Shown piece by piece: positions 62,701-64,000 of a stretch of 64,000 bases of DNA. The translations under genes were made by a program, and so were the position numbers. How positions within the stretch are numbered: the first letter of the stretch is position 1; each line of letters opens with the position of its first letter. The stretch is taken from NCBI GenBank assembly GCA_902796035.1, contig CADBNR010000074.1, positions 1,771 through 65,770 of the forward strand, read 5' to 3'. Source of the stretch: an uncultured Bacteroidales bacterium. Lineage in GTDB: Bacteria; Bacteroidota; Bacteroidia; Bacteroidales; Muribaculaceae. The notes under the pieces are model-generated. The model was not told the DNA's origin. It saw nothing but the letters and a program-made list of their open reading frames with translations, and did no database searches.

Positions 62701-64000
62701 AACGCATTCGCCGACACGGCAGCCATCAAGATAGGATATACCGGCGTTACTTACTATGGCTCGGATTCGGTGCTGTTTGACGAGGACAAGATCGTGATTC
62801 CCGGATTCAGGATAAAAGACCGATATGGCAATGGCGGCACATTGGCAGGTTCTGTAACACACCAATATTTCCACGATGCCAGAATAGACCTTAACGTCAG
62901 GGATATAAAACGAATGTTATGCTATGACATGACCTCCGCGTCGGGTCAGGCCTGGTGGGGCCGGATCTTTGCCTCCGGCTCCGGAAGAATTTCAGGATAT
63001 CCCGGTTATACACTTGTGAGTTTTGACGCCGCCACCGAGCCCAATTCCACATTCACCTTCTCGATGGAGAAGACTCAGACGGCCCAGGAATACGACTTCC
63101 TGACCTTCACAGACAGTCATAAGGATGTAGAGACTGAAATCACTGAAGAGGAAGAGTTCGAGATCAAGTTCAAGAAGCCGGCGGAGGAAGAGGAAGAAGC
63201 AGGAATCTTCGAGATGGACCTGTCTGTGGCCCTCACGCCGTCGCTGAAGATGAACGTGATAATGGATCCGTCTGCAGGTGACAAGATAACGGCAATTGGG
63301 TCAGGCGCGATGCGCCTGAATTACAACACATTCAGTGATGATGTGGAATTGTTCGGCCGATACTCCATCAACGACGGAAGCTACCGTTTTACTTTCCAGG
63401 ACATCATAATTCGCGATTTCAAGATAAAGGAAGGGAGCAGTATCTCGTTCAACGGCGATGCGATGAAGGGTATCCTTGATCTTACGGCCGGTTACAGGGT
63501 GAACACGAATCTGTCTGATCTTGACAAAAGTTTCGCTACCGACCGCGACCTGAACCGCAGTTCCGTGCCGGTAGAGGCTTTGCTGAAGGTTACAGGAGAG
63601 CTGCAGCATCCTGACCTGGCGTTCGACATAGCACTGCCTACCGTGACCGGCGACGTGGAGCGTAAGGTACGCAGCATTGTGTCGTCGGAGGAGATGATGC
63701 AGCAGCAGGTGCTGTACCTGCTGGCGCTGAACAGGTTCTACACCCCCCAGTTTTCAGGCACATCCGACGGCGAGTTGGTGTCGATGGCATCGTCCACGCT
63801 GTCATCCCAGATATCTAACGTAGTGTCGCAGCTTACGGACAAGGTGTCATTGAACCCGTCGTTCAAATCGGGTAGAAACGACTTCTCGGATATGGAAGTC
63901 GATCTGGCGCTCTCATCTCAATTGTTTGACAACAGATTGATAATTAATGGGAATCTCGGATATAGAGACCGCAGCGTATCACAGACCACCTTTATCGGAG
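59719..64000 (+). CDS. tamB: Translocation and assembly module protein TamB (DUF490 family); 3' end runs off the right edge
   Basis: Absent from the ORF track because there is no stop in the window. My translation is MTAVRNVYRVARSILFAAILTVGAIVVLLYIALSVPVVQNVIKQEAEKQLTQLF..., an N-terminal anchor followed by more than 1400 codons of beta-rich repeats. The end of the window reads ...IINGNLGYRDRS..., typical of the TamB C-terminal region. There are no long competing ORFs across 60.3-64.0 kb. Confidence 0.85.
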   Translation, partial: MTAVRNVYRVARSILFAAILTVGAIVVLLYIALSVPVVQNVIKQEAEKQLTQLFKAPVKIGDVSIMPFNELQLNDVEIRTPDNQKCISVKNLGAGVAFWKLLISQKIEITYAEIIGLDAGITQAKEGAPLNIQFIIDAFKPKQQKKEPTKFDLVLHNIVIRKSNVRFDRLWQPVQAQNVLDPNHLNVSNLRADISMPRLKNDDYVVNLRRLSFKEKSGLYVDGLSFFASVTPQEIELRNFRLDLSEGKVRINNQRLPISGFKNIVSDLKKADLDVVVNIDNLQPDDLAFLLPSLDQISGKYDIDVHVDGSVNRFRVENMSVTDNYGNVDIHFRGNVSGLATPEELELIADDLEVEADGGYMAQVLDAVGVNTGAAAEILSEAGQILVKGDGGLSLARSGGVFQGLVSTDQGLVNLDVSGNLHHKTLNGKFMVNTEGFDLGSLMSAQPVGQVKARAEGEIGLALNDLQRSNGNVKVEAPSVFVNGQELTDIFVTLQKQGKQTDLQAQVSGLAANGEFTASCTLDGAASTWDVTGNDLRLDCNAFGILPKQGAVFQVASLDVKATGNNEDNVTGFVRISDINYTPATGNTLALSYLNLDVSNINEIRRIDLASDVMDGRVQGQFAFKELTVLATEILSSALPAYIKAPDKQLANSNSLNYDLTIKSDAKIYEALNLKVRPGVTARLYGNVDNGRMNVNVSAPYLIQGGNKLIKNVNVAAESTVANGLTVKVGADYPLKTQYVHLDVDGHALNDRVTGLLSWKGESGKENGTIDLGLNIVSNERGKKDLDIAINPSEIVINNETWRMSPATVRLSDKRLTVNNLSLHRGDQYLTIQGAASDSPNDELVANLRDIDLAYIFNTLNINYVTFGGRATGRAVASRLFSGTPLAETQGLHVKNFSYNGADVGDADLLGYWDNANKAVAIGADIQGATKDVYTKVDGKIFVTQDSLRINFDAHKINLALIQPFLSNVMEKVEGAGSADLTLYGNFKRIRLTGNAFADTAAIKIGYTGVTYYGSDSVLFDEDKIVIPGFRIKDRYGNGGTLAGSVTHQYFHDARIDLNVRDIKRMLCYDMTSASGQAWWGRIFASGSGRISGYPGYTLVSFDAATEPNSTFTFSMEKTQTAQEYDFLTFTDSHKDVETEITEEEEFEIKFKKPAEEEEEAGIFEMDLSVALTPSLKMNVIMDPSAGDKITAIGSGAMRLNYNTFSDDVELFGRYSINDGSYRFTFQDIIIRDFKIKEGSSISFNGDAMKGILDLTAGYRVNTNLSDLDKSFATDRDLNRSSVPVEALLKVTGELQHPDLAFDIALPTVTGDVERKVRSIVSSEEMMQQQVLYLLALNRFYTPQFSGTSDGELVSMASSTLSSQISNVVSQLTDKVSLNPSFKSGRNDFSDMEVDLALSSQLFDNRLIINGNLGYRDRSVSQTTFIG

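Overview
The window is a contiguous chromosomal segment from a Bacteroidota (Bacteroidales-like) genome. Support for this assignment: recurring GTAATTTTGC / TAnnTTTG -7 promoter boxes and almost no Shine-Dalgarno sequences; an rpmB-rpmG-DUF4295 trio; a PPi-dependent phosphofructokinase; a protein with a T9SS C-terminal sorting domain; a dxs-trkA-trkH operon; and a TamB gene.

Coding density is very high and the content is mostly housekeeping:
- Cell division and replication: rsfS-ftsH, dnaG, ftsK, topB.
- Envelope and LPS: lpxA, lpxK, kdsB, glmM, sppA, an L,D-transpeptidase, tamB.
- Cofactor and central metabolism: nadE, dapA, dxs, thiL, a purine-nucleoside phosphorylase, mtnN, mazG, aguA-aguB, and PPi-PFK.
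- t6A tRNA modification: two TsaC/YrdC paralogues plus tsaD.
- Transport: an RND efflux operon (adaptor, pump, outer-membrane factor), trkAH, an MFS transporter, and a cobalamin-riboswitch-controlled TonB/ABC uptake locus.
- One tRNA-Cys(GCA).

Several real features are missing from the supplied ORF track:
- An edge-truncated RayT/IS200-like Y1 transposase (1-877, minus strand).
- An edge-truncated TamB (59719 to beyond 64000).
- A 49-aa DUF4295 gene.
- A 52-aa antitoxin-like ORF.

I did not find a large multi-gene novel system. The best candidates for a second look are:
- An AT-rich 0.8-kb islet carrying a GNAT-type toxin with a non-canonical mini-partner, directly upstream of a tsaC paralogue.
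- A REPtron-like RayT plus a GC-rich hairpin repeat array.
- A recurrent family of 7- and 9-bp tandem arrays and very long perfect palindromes in intergenic DNA.
- A B12 locus with a very compact riboswitch and no ATPase gene.
- A free-standing Spi-prodomain protein with a T9SS tail.
- An RND pump with an inserted pair of extra transmembrane helices.

All calls rest on reading the sequence and translations. No database searches were run.
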